Source: Octopus bimaculoides (taxonomy: Eukaryota). Taken from it: DNA of 64,000 bases. Positions 43,310 to 53,589 of the stretch are shown in pieces. The position numbers were made by a program, and so were the translations under genes. The notes beneath the pieces are model-generated. The model had not been told where the DNA came from. It ran no database searches and saw only the letters and a list, made by a program, of their open reading frames with translations. Location: positions 36,236,215 to 36,300,214 of the forward strand of contig NC_068994.1 in assembly GCF_001194135.2 (NCBI RefSeq), read 5' to 3'. Position 1 is the first letter of the stretch. The number at the start of each line of letters is the position of its first letter.

Positions 43310-43490
43310 GTGCTACATAAAAAGCACTCAGTAGACTCTGTGAAGCGGTTGGCTTAGAAAGGGCATCTAGCCATAGCAACCATGCCAACGCTCACAGTAG
43401 AGGTTGGTACAGTCCTCTGGCTTGCTAGATCCTATCAAACTGTCCAACTCATGCCAGCATGGAAAACGGATGTTAGATAATGATGATGAT
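43310..43490 (+). mobile_element. Older RTE 3' end, opposite orientation
   Basis: gggcatctagccatagcaacc...tgtccaactcatgccagcatggaaaacggatgttagataatgatgatgat. Confidence 0.75.
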
Positions 43491-43754
43491 TATGATATCT
43501 ACTATGTAGGTTTACATATGCTATATCATACCTTGATACTGTGTTTCCCCTTGATAGGTCTCTAGTATTAAATAAAGTGTTATGACAAGATTTTATATGT
43601 ATATAAACAGACTGGCTACTAGTTCCACTGGGGTTAGTTAAGCTAGCACAAACCTCTTGTGAGACAACGATAAGGAATGAAAACGTTTTAAGAGTAACCG
43701 TCATTTCCCTCACCCAATGAATTAGGTAATTTGAAAAGGTTTATATAATTATCG

Positions 43755-44582
43755 TCATCATCATCGTTTAACGTCCGCTTTCCATGCTAGCATGGGTTGG
43801 ATGATTTAACTGAGGACTGGCAAACCAGATGGCTGCACCAAGCTACAATCTGATCTGGCAGAGTTTCTACAGCTGGATGCCCTTCCTAACACCAACCAAT
43901 CCAAGAGTGTAGTGGGTGCTTTTACGTGCCACCGGCATGAGTGCCAGTCAGGCGGTACTGGCAACAGCCACGCTGAAGTGGTGTTTTTAATGTGCCACCT
44001 GCACAGGAGCCAGTCCAGCGGCACTGGCAACGACCTCGCTCGAATGCTTTTTCACGTGCCACCGGCACAAGTGCCAGTAATGTGATGCTGGTAACGATCA
44101 CGCTCGAATGGTGCTTTTTACGTGCCACCAGCACGGAAGCCAGTCAGCTGGTCTGGCAGCGATCACACTCAGATGGTGTTCCTAGCATTCCACTGGCATG
44201 GGTGCCAGTTATCGAATTTGCAAATTTGATTTGATTTCGATTTCACTTGCCTCAACAGGTCTTCGCAAGCAGAGTTTAGTGTCCAATGAAGGAAAGGTTC
44301 ACATAAGTAGGCTGGTTACACCCCTGTCATAGGCCACGGGTTATGGTCTCATTTGGCTTGCTGGGTCTTCCCAAGCACAGCATATTTCCAAAAGTCTCAG
44401 TCACTAGTCATTGCCTCAGTGAGGCCTAATATTCAAAGGTTGTGCTTCACCACCTCATCCCAGGTCTTCCTGGGCCTACCTCTTCCACAGGTTCCCTCAA
44501 CCGCTAAGGTATGGGACTTTTCACACAGTTATCCTCATCCATTCTAGCCACATGACCATACCAGCGCAGTCGTCTCTCTGGC
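43755..44582 (-). mobile_element. RTE 3' portion with RT C-terminus and a 3'-UTR array of ~64-bp units
   Basis: Minus strand ERRLRWYGHVARMDEDNCVKKSHTLAVEGTCGRGRPRKTWDEVVKH; 4-5 tandem units at 43915-44215; (GAT)n tail. Confidence 0.92.
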
Positions 44583-44874
44583 ACTGGTATGGTCATGTGG
44601 AAATTATACATATACATATTCACCATTCCTCATCATTTAATGTCCACCTTTTCATCATTACATGCCTTGCATAAGCTGAATGAAATTTATTTGTGGCAGA
44701 TTTGCTTGTTACCAACACTCACCTATTTCTAAGCAAGGTAATATTTCCACATGGACAGATATATTCTCAAGGAATATCTCATTGCTTGTATGACAGTGAC
44801 ATTCATTTACAACTGTTACACAATGTCAAAACAAAAAGACACAAACACATACACATATATACATATGGTAGATT

Positions 44875-45030
44875 TCTATAAGTTTCAATCTTCCAAATCC
44901 ATTCACAAGACTTTGTTCACCCTGGGGCTACTGTAGAAGACTCTTTTCCAAGGTACCATGCAGTAGGATTGAACCCAGTACAATGTGGTTGGGAAGCAAA
45001 CTTCTATCTACACTCTCATGCCTGTACCTA
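44875..45030 (-). mobile_element. Degenerate tRNA-derived SINE (5' part)
   Basis: ccaaatccattcacaagactttg...gattgaacccag...tgtggttgggaagcaaactt matches 8400-8520. Confidence 0.7.
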
Positions 45031-45039
45031 TATATATCA

Positions 45040-45940
45040 TCACCATCATCATCGTTTAACATCTGCCTTCCATGCTGGCATGGGTTGGACGATTTGACTG
45101 AGGACTGGCGAACCAGATGTCTGCACCAGGTTCCAATTTGATCTGGCAGAGTTTCTACAGCTGGATGCCCTTCCTAACGCCAACCACTCAGAGTGTAGTG
45201 GGTGCTTTTACGTGCCACTGGCACAAGGGCAAGTCAGCGGTACTGGCAATGGCCACGTTCAAAATGGTGTTTTTTACGTGCCACCTGCACAGGAGCCAGT
45301 CCAGCAGCACTGGCAACGACCTCGCTCAAATGTTTTTTCATGTGCCACCGGCACAAGTNNNNNNNNNNNNNNNNNNNNNNNNNNNNNNNNNNNNNNNNNN
45401 NNNNNNNNNNNNNNNNNNNNNNNNNNNNNNNNNNNNNNNNNNNNNNNNNNNNNNNNNNNNNNNNNNNNNNNNNNNNNNNNNNNNNNNNNNNNNNNNNNNN
45501 NNNNNNNNNNNNNNNNNNNNNNNNNAACGATCACGCTCAAATGGTGCTATTTACGTGCCACTGGCATGGAAGCCAGACAGCTGCTCTGGCAATGATCATG
45601 CTCGGACGGTGCTCTTAGTGCTCCACTGGCACAGGTGCCAGTCATCGAATTTGATTTAATTTCAATTTCACTTGCCAACAGGTCTTCGCAAGCCGAGTTT
45701 AGTGTCCAATGAAGGAGAGGTTGGCATGGGTGCCAGTTGTTGAATTTGGACCGATTTCATTTGCCTCAACAGGCCTTCGCAAACAGAGTTTAGTGTCCAA
45801 TGAAGGAAAGGTACGCATAAGTGGGCTGGCTACACCCCTGGCAGAGGCCTTGGATTATGGTCTCATTTGGCTTGCCTGGTCTTCTCACGCACTGCATATT
45901 TCCAAAGGTCTCAGTCACGAGTCATTGCCTTGGTGAGGCC
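45040..45940 (-). mobile_element. Sister RTE copy with the same UTR array (gap inside) and a ~90-bp internal duplication
   Basis: Colinear with 43755-44420. Confidence 0.9.
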
Positions 45941-46278
45941 CAAAAATAAAAACTTAGCACCAAGCTTAAGGATGTACAAGGTATCAAATCTGTTCAGAAA
46001 TAGGAGTCAAAATCCCAAATCTACCACCGAAAGCACCGAAATATGACAGAGACAACCGTAAGCAAGTGAACGGTTAAAGAATTAAACAATGAGAACAATT
46101 AAAAACATACTTATATTCACCACAGATAATATTAACAATAATAATATCATTCTTTGAATGTTTACATTCAAATTTTACTCATAAATATAGTTGCACCCAG
46201 GCTGGCTGATTTTGGTGCAAAACGAGTCAGAACACTAATAAATGCTCAACGTGGCAGAGTCAGAATTTTTCCTTGCCA

Positions 46279-46337
46279 ATTTATGCTGACGAGGGTTGAG
46301 GTTCACGGGCCAGAACCCGAAACCATTGTACATGAAT
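46279..46337 (+). ncRNA. Type-I hammerhead ribozyme (family B), core intact
   Basis: ATTTATG-CTGACGA-GGGTT(16-nt loop)AACCC-GAAA-C-CATT-GTA-CATGAAT: 7-bp stem I, 5-bp stem II, 2-bp stem III, GUA triplet. Confidence 0.75.
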
Positions 46338-46710
46338 ATCCAAATGACATAATCCTTAATAGTAAGTTTTTATTAGTTAACTCTTTAACCATTTACTCAC
46401 TTACTGCTGTCTTCGTCGTATTTCGATGCTTTCAGGAGTGGATTTGGGATTTTGATTCCTATTTCTAAACAGGTTTAACACCTTGTGTATCCTTAAGCTT
46501 AGTGCTAACTTTTAATTTTAATTTATAGCTATAATGTTATTTAAAAACTTGGAACCATCGATATTATTATTGTTGTTATTAACAATTACTTATATTCACC
46601 ACAGATAGTATTAACAATAATAATATCTTTCTATATTTAAGAGATGAGGAATTATGTACATTACTTACATTATTTACATTTGACAGATATTTGTCCTCAT
46701 CTTGTCAGTT

Positions 46711-46756
46711 AACACAACATTTCGACTGATATACCCTCCAGCCTTCATCAGGTGTC
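46711..46756 (-). ncRNA. Minimal type-I hammerhead (family A), stem III CpG-mutated
   Basis: GACAC-CTGATGA-A-GGCTG(GAGGGTATAT)CAGTC-GAAA-TG-TT-GTGTT. Confidence 0.75.
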
Positions 46757-46915
46757 TTGGAGAAATTTCCAACCTGGATTCTCATTCCTAAGGTATTTTT
46801 CGATGTTGTTATTATTATTATTATTATTATTATTCAGGTCACTGCCTGGAATCGAACCCAGAACCTTGGGGTTAGTAGCCCGTGCTCTTAACCACTACGC
46901 CATATTAACCAGCAC

Positions 46916-46988
46916 GGGCATATGGCATAGTGGTTAAGAGTGCGGGCTACTAACCCCAACATTCCAAGTTCGATTCCAGGCAGTGACC
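46916..46988 (+). other. tRNA-like Pol III promoter module (not a functional tRNA)
   Basis: 73 nt: GGGCATATGGCATAGTGGTTAAGAG (A box)...GGG-CTACTAA-CCC...AAGTTCGATTCC (B box)...CAGTGACC; stems only partly pair. Confidence 0.8.
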
Positions 46989-47062
46989 TGGATAATAATA
47001 ATAATAAAAACAACATTGAAAAATACCTTAGGAATGAGAATCCAGGTTCAAAATTTCCCCAA

Positions 47063-47105
47063 GACACCTGATGAAGGCTGGAGAGTATATCAGCTGAAAC
47101 GTGTT
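47063..47105 (+). ncRNA. Minimal type-I hammerhead (family A), 3-nt deletion at the cleavage site
   Basis: GACAC-CTGATGA-AGGCTG(GAGAGTATAT)CAGCT-GAAA-CGTGTT. Confidence 0.7.
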
Positions 47106-47213
47106 AACAACAAACAAGATGAGGACAAATATCCGTCAAATGAAAATAATGTAAATAATAATATCATTCTTCAAATGTTTACATTCAAATATTACTCATA
47201 TATATATACTTGC

Positions 47214-47315
47214 AAATTTTAATTTTGGACATAAAGTTACCAAAGGTTTCGTACCCAAAAGGCTGGCTTTGTGGACACAAAACCTTTGGTAACTCTATAT
47301 CCAAAATTAAAATTT
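47214..47315. other. ~100-nt near-perfect palindrome
   Basis: AAATTTTAATTTTGGACATAAAGTTACCAAAGGTTTCGT vs the reverse complement of ACAAAACCTTTGGTAACTCTATATCCAAAATTAAAATTT: 36/39 match. Confidence 0.9.
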
Positions 47316-47399
47316 TTGTTATAAAAATTACTGCTCTATTCTTTAGAGTTTGCTTCTTTTCTGATATATGTTTTATTAATTAACTATATATACAAGAGT

Positions 47400-47451
<52 letters not shown>

Positions 47452-47973
47452 TATGTGTATAAATATTTATACATACATATATACAGGCATATTCACATAT
47501 ACATACAAACATAAATGTATCATCATCATCATCGTTTAACATCTATCTTCCATGCATGCATGCATGTATAGGATGGTTCACATGAGCTGGCCTGGTAGAA
47601 AAACTATTCTATGCTACTGTGTCTGTTTTGGCAGGTTTTTATGGCTGGATGACCTCCCTAATACCAAATACTCTGCATGTATATATATATATATGTGTGT
47701 ATTTTTTTTTTTTTAGAAAGGCATCTCAATATAGAAACCATGCCATCACAATAGCAAGACAAAATCCTCCAACAAATTGTATCCTGTCAAAACATTTAAC
47801 CCTTACTAGCACGAAAAGTGGATGTAAAATAAACTATGATGATAAGAATGACGATATGCATATATAAATGTACAAGCATTATCTACATATGTGCATGTTT
47901 GCATTAATGTGTGTGTTTGTGTGTATTGTAAATGCAATAAACAATATAAAAAACAAAATAGCGAAAATAAATA

Positions 47974-48349
47974 CATTATTTACATTTGACAGATATTTGT
48001 CCTCACCTTATTCGTTATTAATACAACATTTCAACTGATGTACCCTCCAGCCTTTATCAGGTGTCCTGGGGGAATTTCGAACCTGGGTTCTCATTCCTAA
48101 GGTATTTTCCCAATGTTGCTATTATTATTATTATTATTATGGAATCAAACTCAGAATTTTGGGGTTTGTAGCCCACGCTCCTAACCACTATGCCATATGC
48201 CCATGGGCAATTATGGAGTGAATTTTAGGGCTTATAAATCTAATATTTTCCTATCCTTCCTTAATACCAGTTCCCATACGCTACTCATATCTGCACTGGG
48301 TCTGCTTAGGAGGTTATTATGTCCTAACATACGTGCTGCCTCTTTTAGT
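47974..48349 (-). mobile_element. Penelope-like 3' fragment (ORF end, tRNA-like module, decayed hammerhead at 48020-48065)
   Basis: Colinear with 56608-56995; hammerhead core reads CTGATAA (G8 to A). Confidence 0.85.
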
Positions 48350-48421
48350 GGCCCAAACTTGTACTTCATTAAAAGGTAGGTGTCCAGATACATTTGACCA
48401 CATAGGGTATGTATGTGTATG

Positions 48422-48503
<82 letters not shown>

Positions 48504-49146
48504 ACATATGTTTGTGTGTGGATATGTGTATGTGTACCTATTTACCTCTGTATTTATGCATCTATCTATCTCCTCTTTCTCACTTTCTAACCACATTACA
48601 GAGTGTACTAGGTATTCTTTACATGGCACCAGCAGTAGTGATGTCACCAAGTAACTTGCAAGACAAGACCCCATCAACTGAGTGGGGTAGTAGTACTGAG
48701 GGGTAGAGAAAAGAAGTGTTGCATTTGAGGGAGAAACAGAAACATGGCTACTTCAGATGGGGAGGGGAGAGTGAAAAGATGTGATGGAAGTGGGAGTAGG
48801 GGTGAGTGAACAATCCACATATGCATACACACACACACAGTCACATATATTGTACCCAAACAATTATGTTGTGTGACCAACTGTAGAATTAAAAGAAAAA
48901 AATTTGATCCTATACCTATCTCCATATTCTTTATAATTGTTTGACATCTACACTTCTGATAATCTTCATAAGCTAGAGAAGTGAATCCGGAGTTACCCAT
49001 CAGAAGAATTACAGTGACATTGCTAATATTCAGCAATCACTGACGCTCAGTACTACTTGATGTGGTTAGCTGTAATCTGGTATATACCTGAGAGCTACCA
49101 CAGTACCCGCCTCGATAATTTTATTCCTATACACTCACATCATATA

Positions 49147-49215
<69 letters not shown>

Positions 49216-49239
49216 ATTATGATGATATGTCTTAATTCT

Positions 49240-49475
49240 TTATCCATTTGCCCAATTACTGTTGTTTTCTGTCATATTCTCAGTGTTATTGGTGGTTTTA
49301 TTGGGGTTTTAATTCCTATTTCTAACAGGTTAGGCGCCTAGTATGCCCTTATGCATAATGCTAATTTTAATCTATAGCTATTTAATGCTATTCAATATCT
49401 GTAACCACCTATATTATTGCAGTTATTATTATCAATTATTTATATTCATTGCAGATTATATTAACAATAATAATA
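49240..49475 (+). mobile_element. Older partial copy of family B
   Basis: ttttaattcctatttctaacagg...ttatattcattgcagattatattaacaataataatat aligns with 46445-46627. Confidence 0.6.
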
Positions 49476-49589
49476 TTTGAATATTCACTCCTTATTTTAT
49501 ATATATACATGCAAGTATCTTCTATGAGTGTCACATGGCCAAACAAGCTCAATTACACTTTTCTCTTTTATAGTTAGATTATTTCTGGT

Positions 49590-49870
49590 GTCAGGCACCA
49601 AGGCCATTCACTGCTCCATATTAGGGACACTCTGAAGACTAGCTAGAAACCCTGCACAATAAATTTGAAAACATGGTAATCAGAAACACTAAAGAGAGCC
49701 CGGTAGAGCTCTTGCTACCAAGACATCTCCAACCAGGTTCAATACTCTGAAGGAGATAAGAGCCAGGTCCAATCTACCACTAATTAACAGAGACCACCAC
49801 TACAATGTCTGCAACCAAATCAGAAAATCTCAGATAGGCCTGAATTCCTACATGATATAGCACAACAAAA
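49590..49870 (+). mobile_element. RTE-BovB-type C-terminal remnant
   Basis: DTLKTS*KPCTINLKTW... and CNQIRKSQIGLNSYMI resemble 'KDTLK.SLK.C.I...WE' and 'C..C.R...SRIGL.SH'. Confidence 0.6.
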
Positions 49871-49945
49871 AAAATCAAAGAACACTGCACAGCTGTTCTG
49901 CTGATCTTTCATTTGTCAAAGCAATGAGAGAGTCCAGTACACATA

Positions 49946-50852
49946 TAGGGTGTTTGGGCTAAATTTGACAGTTGGCTTAAAAGGAAAACAAATTACAATA
50001 TTCCATCTAAAAATGAAAGTATTCTTAAAAAATCAAAAACATTTCCACTAGATTATAGCTGAAAGATAACATTTTACTCAAAGTAGCTACCCTCAACTTC
50101 CACCTTGGTTTCAAGATGGTTCCAAAACCTGCCACATGCATTTCTCATTGTGTCCCTGGGAAGACCTTTGAAAATTTCATTGATCTTGGCCACCAGCTCA
50201 GCCTTGGTGTTGCAGGTAGTATGGTTGGTGTCTTTTTCAGCTGTACCCCACACATAGTAATCCATGTGATTACAATTGAGGGAATTGGGAGACCAGAAAT
50301 TGGCTGGTGAAGTTATAGAAATTCTCTGATAATCACTTCTGACTCTTTCTGGAGGTATGGCAAGCAACTGAATCATGCTACCATGCATATGGCCTTCCAA
50401 TAACAACTCTCTCCAGCCAGGGTTTGACCACGATCTCTAGCAGCTTCACAACCATCTGAATTGAGTCTGAGACCCACTTCAAAGGTGTAGGGTGGCATGT
50501 GTGAGTCACCTTCACTGAAGATACACCTAAGGACCATCACAGTTTAAGGGAATTTGGTTTTCATGATACATGAGGCATCACAGAGATTGGAATATTTTAA
50601 TGTTACAGTGTTCACAGAACATTGAACAGCAGTTGGTATTTTGACAACCACCACGAATCATCATGATACAGGTAACTCCTTCCCGATATTCAAATGGCTT
50701 CGAGTCCTCCATGTCAGCTAACTTTTTCTCAGCTACAACTTTAATCTTCATGCTTTTCAATGCCATTAACTTTTTACCAATACATCGAGCTATTCCGAAA
50801 AAAAAACACAAGGTAACATCAAAATTGCTAAATTCAGCCCAAACATCCTTTG
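49946..50852 (-). mobile_element. Deleted Tc1/mariner-superfamily element, maT/DD37D-like
   Basis: TIRs (T)AGGGTGTTTGGGCTAAATT and AATTCAGCCCAAACATCCTT; minus strand MKTKFP*TVMV...SEGD and FWSPNSLNCNHMDYYVWG...TNHTTCNTKAEL...ACGRF..LE. Confidence 0.8.
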
Positions 50853-51929
50853 TGTGTATGTGTATATATAAATGGACATACATACATTCATATACATAAA
50901 TACACACACATATTACTATATACATAGGGTCCCCATGAATCACAACTTCTCTCTTCTATACTACTACTTCTATGTACTTAAGTTTATGGAAATGACTGCA
51001 TTTCATTTTTGCAAATCTGTGATAACCCCACTGCTTCAATGACGTCTTTCATTTGTCTTTAAGACATATGAGCTATATGAAGACAATAACAAACTACCAT
51101 GCAGCACTTCAACAAGGGATGTAATCACTTGGAATAGGGGCAGAGAACTGTAACTAGTCTAGCTTATACCTGAAAGTACACAAGTGGTGGTTATTCATTT
51201 TTACAATAGTGTGGAAATATCCAACCACCACAATAAGATTGTTTGTTTCTTAGTACAATGTCTTTCTTGCCAGGCACAGATACTTACTAGATTCACACAT
51301 GTGGGTGTGACAAATAATTAGAGATTGGAACTGAAGCGGACACAGTGAGAAAGAGCTATGAGCACATTGGACCTATTCTCCATTCTAAGATAAAGTCAAG
51401 ACAGCTGAGAATGTATGAGAATGCAAAAGAGTGCCAAAGTAAGCAGTACCATCTAACTTGATATGTGTCCAGGCTATAAAACCACATTCTAGATGTGCCC
51501 AGCAGGATAGTATGTTGCCATCAGTACCACTTTGCCCCCACTGGCCTGCTGCCACAGACTTTGAAGATGTGGAGATGGAACTTATGTGCTTCTTTCTTCC
51601 TTGCCTCATTTGAATGAAATGAAAACATGCCACAAATCATACACACATAAAAACATATTTAGTATGCATATATATGCATTATTGGATGGCAACTGACTTT
51701 CCTGTGTCCCTCTGTCCATATACAGGTCTTGTTTTTCAATCTGCAAGGTATCCAAAATTACCCTCCTTACTGACCAAACTTGGTGGGGTTACTAATTTCA
51801 TCACCGATAACCCAGCTATGTAGTAGGTTGTACTAGATTATAAGTTACCAATAATGCTCTCAAGCAACTGGTATCATTTTTTAACACTCATTTCTCCATT
51901 AACTGTCTAGCTGCAATACTATTAGCTTT

Positions 51930-51966
<37 letters not shown>

Positions 51967-53229
51967 TGTAAATGATACTATTTATTTCCCTACTGCTGTT
52001 GTTTCACACCTCTTCCTCCTTCCTGACCTACTCTTATTGCCTTCACTTCCCCTCCTCTAGATTGATTATTTACTGTACCCACCTCAATCCCCATCTCTAA
52101 TCATCAGTCACACACTTTTCACACCAGTGCATTTATCTACCCACCCACTTTTATTTTTCCTTTGTCCCTAATCTCTCTCTCATATTTATTATGTACCTTG
52201 AGAGTATGCACCCCCTCTCTCTTTCTCTCTCCAGCTGGGGAAGCTATGCATTCAGCAAGACTGTCCCTCTAACATACTCTGACATGCTTCAATACAATAC
52301 TTCACTCACTGAAGAGATCCTGTCTTGCATGTACTTGGCAAACTCACTAGTGTTGGTGACTCTGTAAAGTGGTAGCATTGTGAAGGGCATAGGAAAAGCT
52401 GTAGAAACTATGCCAAGTGGACATTGGTGCTCAGCACTGTCCTCTCACTCGTCACTTCTGATTGAACCATGAGACCTTTCAGCCCATGCAAGCATGGAAA
52501 AATGGACTTTCGATGATGATAATAATAATAATAATAATAATATATATATATATGTATGTATATNNNNNNNNNNNNNNNNNNNNNNNNNNNNNNNNNNNNN
52601 NNNNNNNNNNNNNNNNNNNNNNNNNNNNNNNNNNNNNNNNNNNNNNNNNNNNNNNNNNNNNNNNNNNNNNNNNNNNNNNNNNNNNNNNNNNNNNNNNNNN
52701 NNNNNNNNNNNNNNNNNNNNNNNNNNNNNNNNNNNNNNNNNNNNNNNNNNNNNNNNNNNNNNNNNNNNNNNNNNNNNNNNNNNNNNNNNNNNNNNNNNNN
52801 NNNNNNNNNNNNNNNNNNNNNNNNNNNNNNNNNNNNNNNNNNNNNNNNNNNNNNNNNNNNNNNNNNNNNNNNNNNNNNNNNNNNNNNNNNNNNNNNNNNN
52901 NNNNNNNNNNNNNNNNNNNNNNNNNNNNNNNNNNNNNNNNNNNNNNNNNNNNNNNNNNNNNNNNNNNNNNNNNNNNNNNNNNNNNNNNNNNNNNNNNNNN
53001 NNNNNNNNNNNNNNNNNNNNNNNNNNNNNNNNNNNNNNNNNNNNNNNNNNNNNNNNNNNNNNNNNNNNNNNNNNNNNNNNNNNNNNNNNNNNNNNNNNNN
53101 NNNNNNNNNNNNNNNNNNNNNNNNNNNNNNNNNNNNNNNNNNNAGATGGAGGTGGATCAATACAAATTTGATTTGTACAGATCTCTAATCTTGTTTCAAC
53201 TATATATATATACATATATATGTATAAAC

Positions 53230-53269
<40 letters not shown>

Positions 53270-53270
<1 letters not shown>

Positions 53271-53575
53271 TACATACATACATACACATTTATCACAGCA
53301 TCAACCAAACTATCAGCTATTATACACTGTTGATCACAATGCACTTCATTTTGTCTTGAATGCACCATTCTTTTTCATCTCAACCCAAATTGCTTAACTA
53401 AATCATCTTCCCATCATTGTGGAGGCATTCCTGATGGCTATTTTCAATATCTTGAATACCACTTGGCAAGTGCATGAGCCCACCTGCTGTCTGTAAGTTT
53501 TGCAGCATGTCAACCCCAGTGGAGCTTGTGCCTTTGGTACTCTGCAATCACACTGTTCGCTCTGCTCCATTTTTG
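53270..53575 (-). mobile_element. RTE RT C-terminal remnant (different subfamily)
   Basis: Minus strand KLHWG*HAAKLTDSRWAHALAKW...GMPPQ*WEDDLVKQFG. Confidence 0.65.
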
Positions 53576-53589
53576 AATTATTTCAGGAA

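Larger units (their letters stand above)
46628..47153. mobile_element. Head-to-head fold-back pair of the tRNA+hammerhead module (family A)
   Basis: Arms 46628-46905 (-) and 46920-47153 (+), 14-nt spacer; AATAATAATATC duplicated at 46616-46627 and 47154-47165. Confidence 0.88.
45941..47200 (+). mobile_element. Non-coding hammerhead-bearing element (family B): inverted 5' arm + 480-bp unit + terminal direct repeat, interrupted by a family-A insertion
   Basis: 45941-46110 is the reverse complement of ~46362-46523; 46108-46183 recurs at 46588-46627 + 47166-47200; hammerhead at 46279-46337; related segment at 49240-49475. Confidence 0.7.

Noticed and set aside
43915-44215. CRISPR-like repeat-spacer array
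   Set aside because: Eukaryotic context, no cas genes, variable parts only ~8 nt, and it lies inside an RTE 3' UTR present in several copies
46154-46468. 104-aa ORF as a protein gene
   Set aside because: No recognisable domain; it spans a repeat unit whose conserved feature is the hammerhead
46916-46988. Functional tRNA-Ser(ACT) gene
   Set aside because: Acceptor, anticodon and T stems pair poorly, there is no long variable arm, and it is embedded in a multi-copy mobile module
49080-49130. Possible degenerate hammerhead (CTGAGAG...CTCGATA) upstream of the second family-B copy
   Set aside because: Core lacks N7 and GAAA, and no stem I can be formed; too decayed to call
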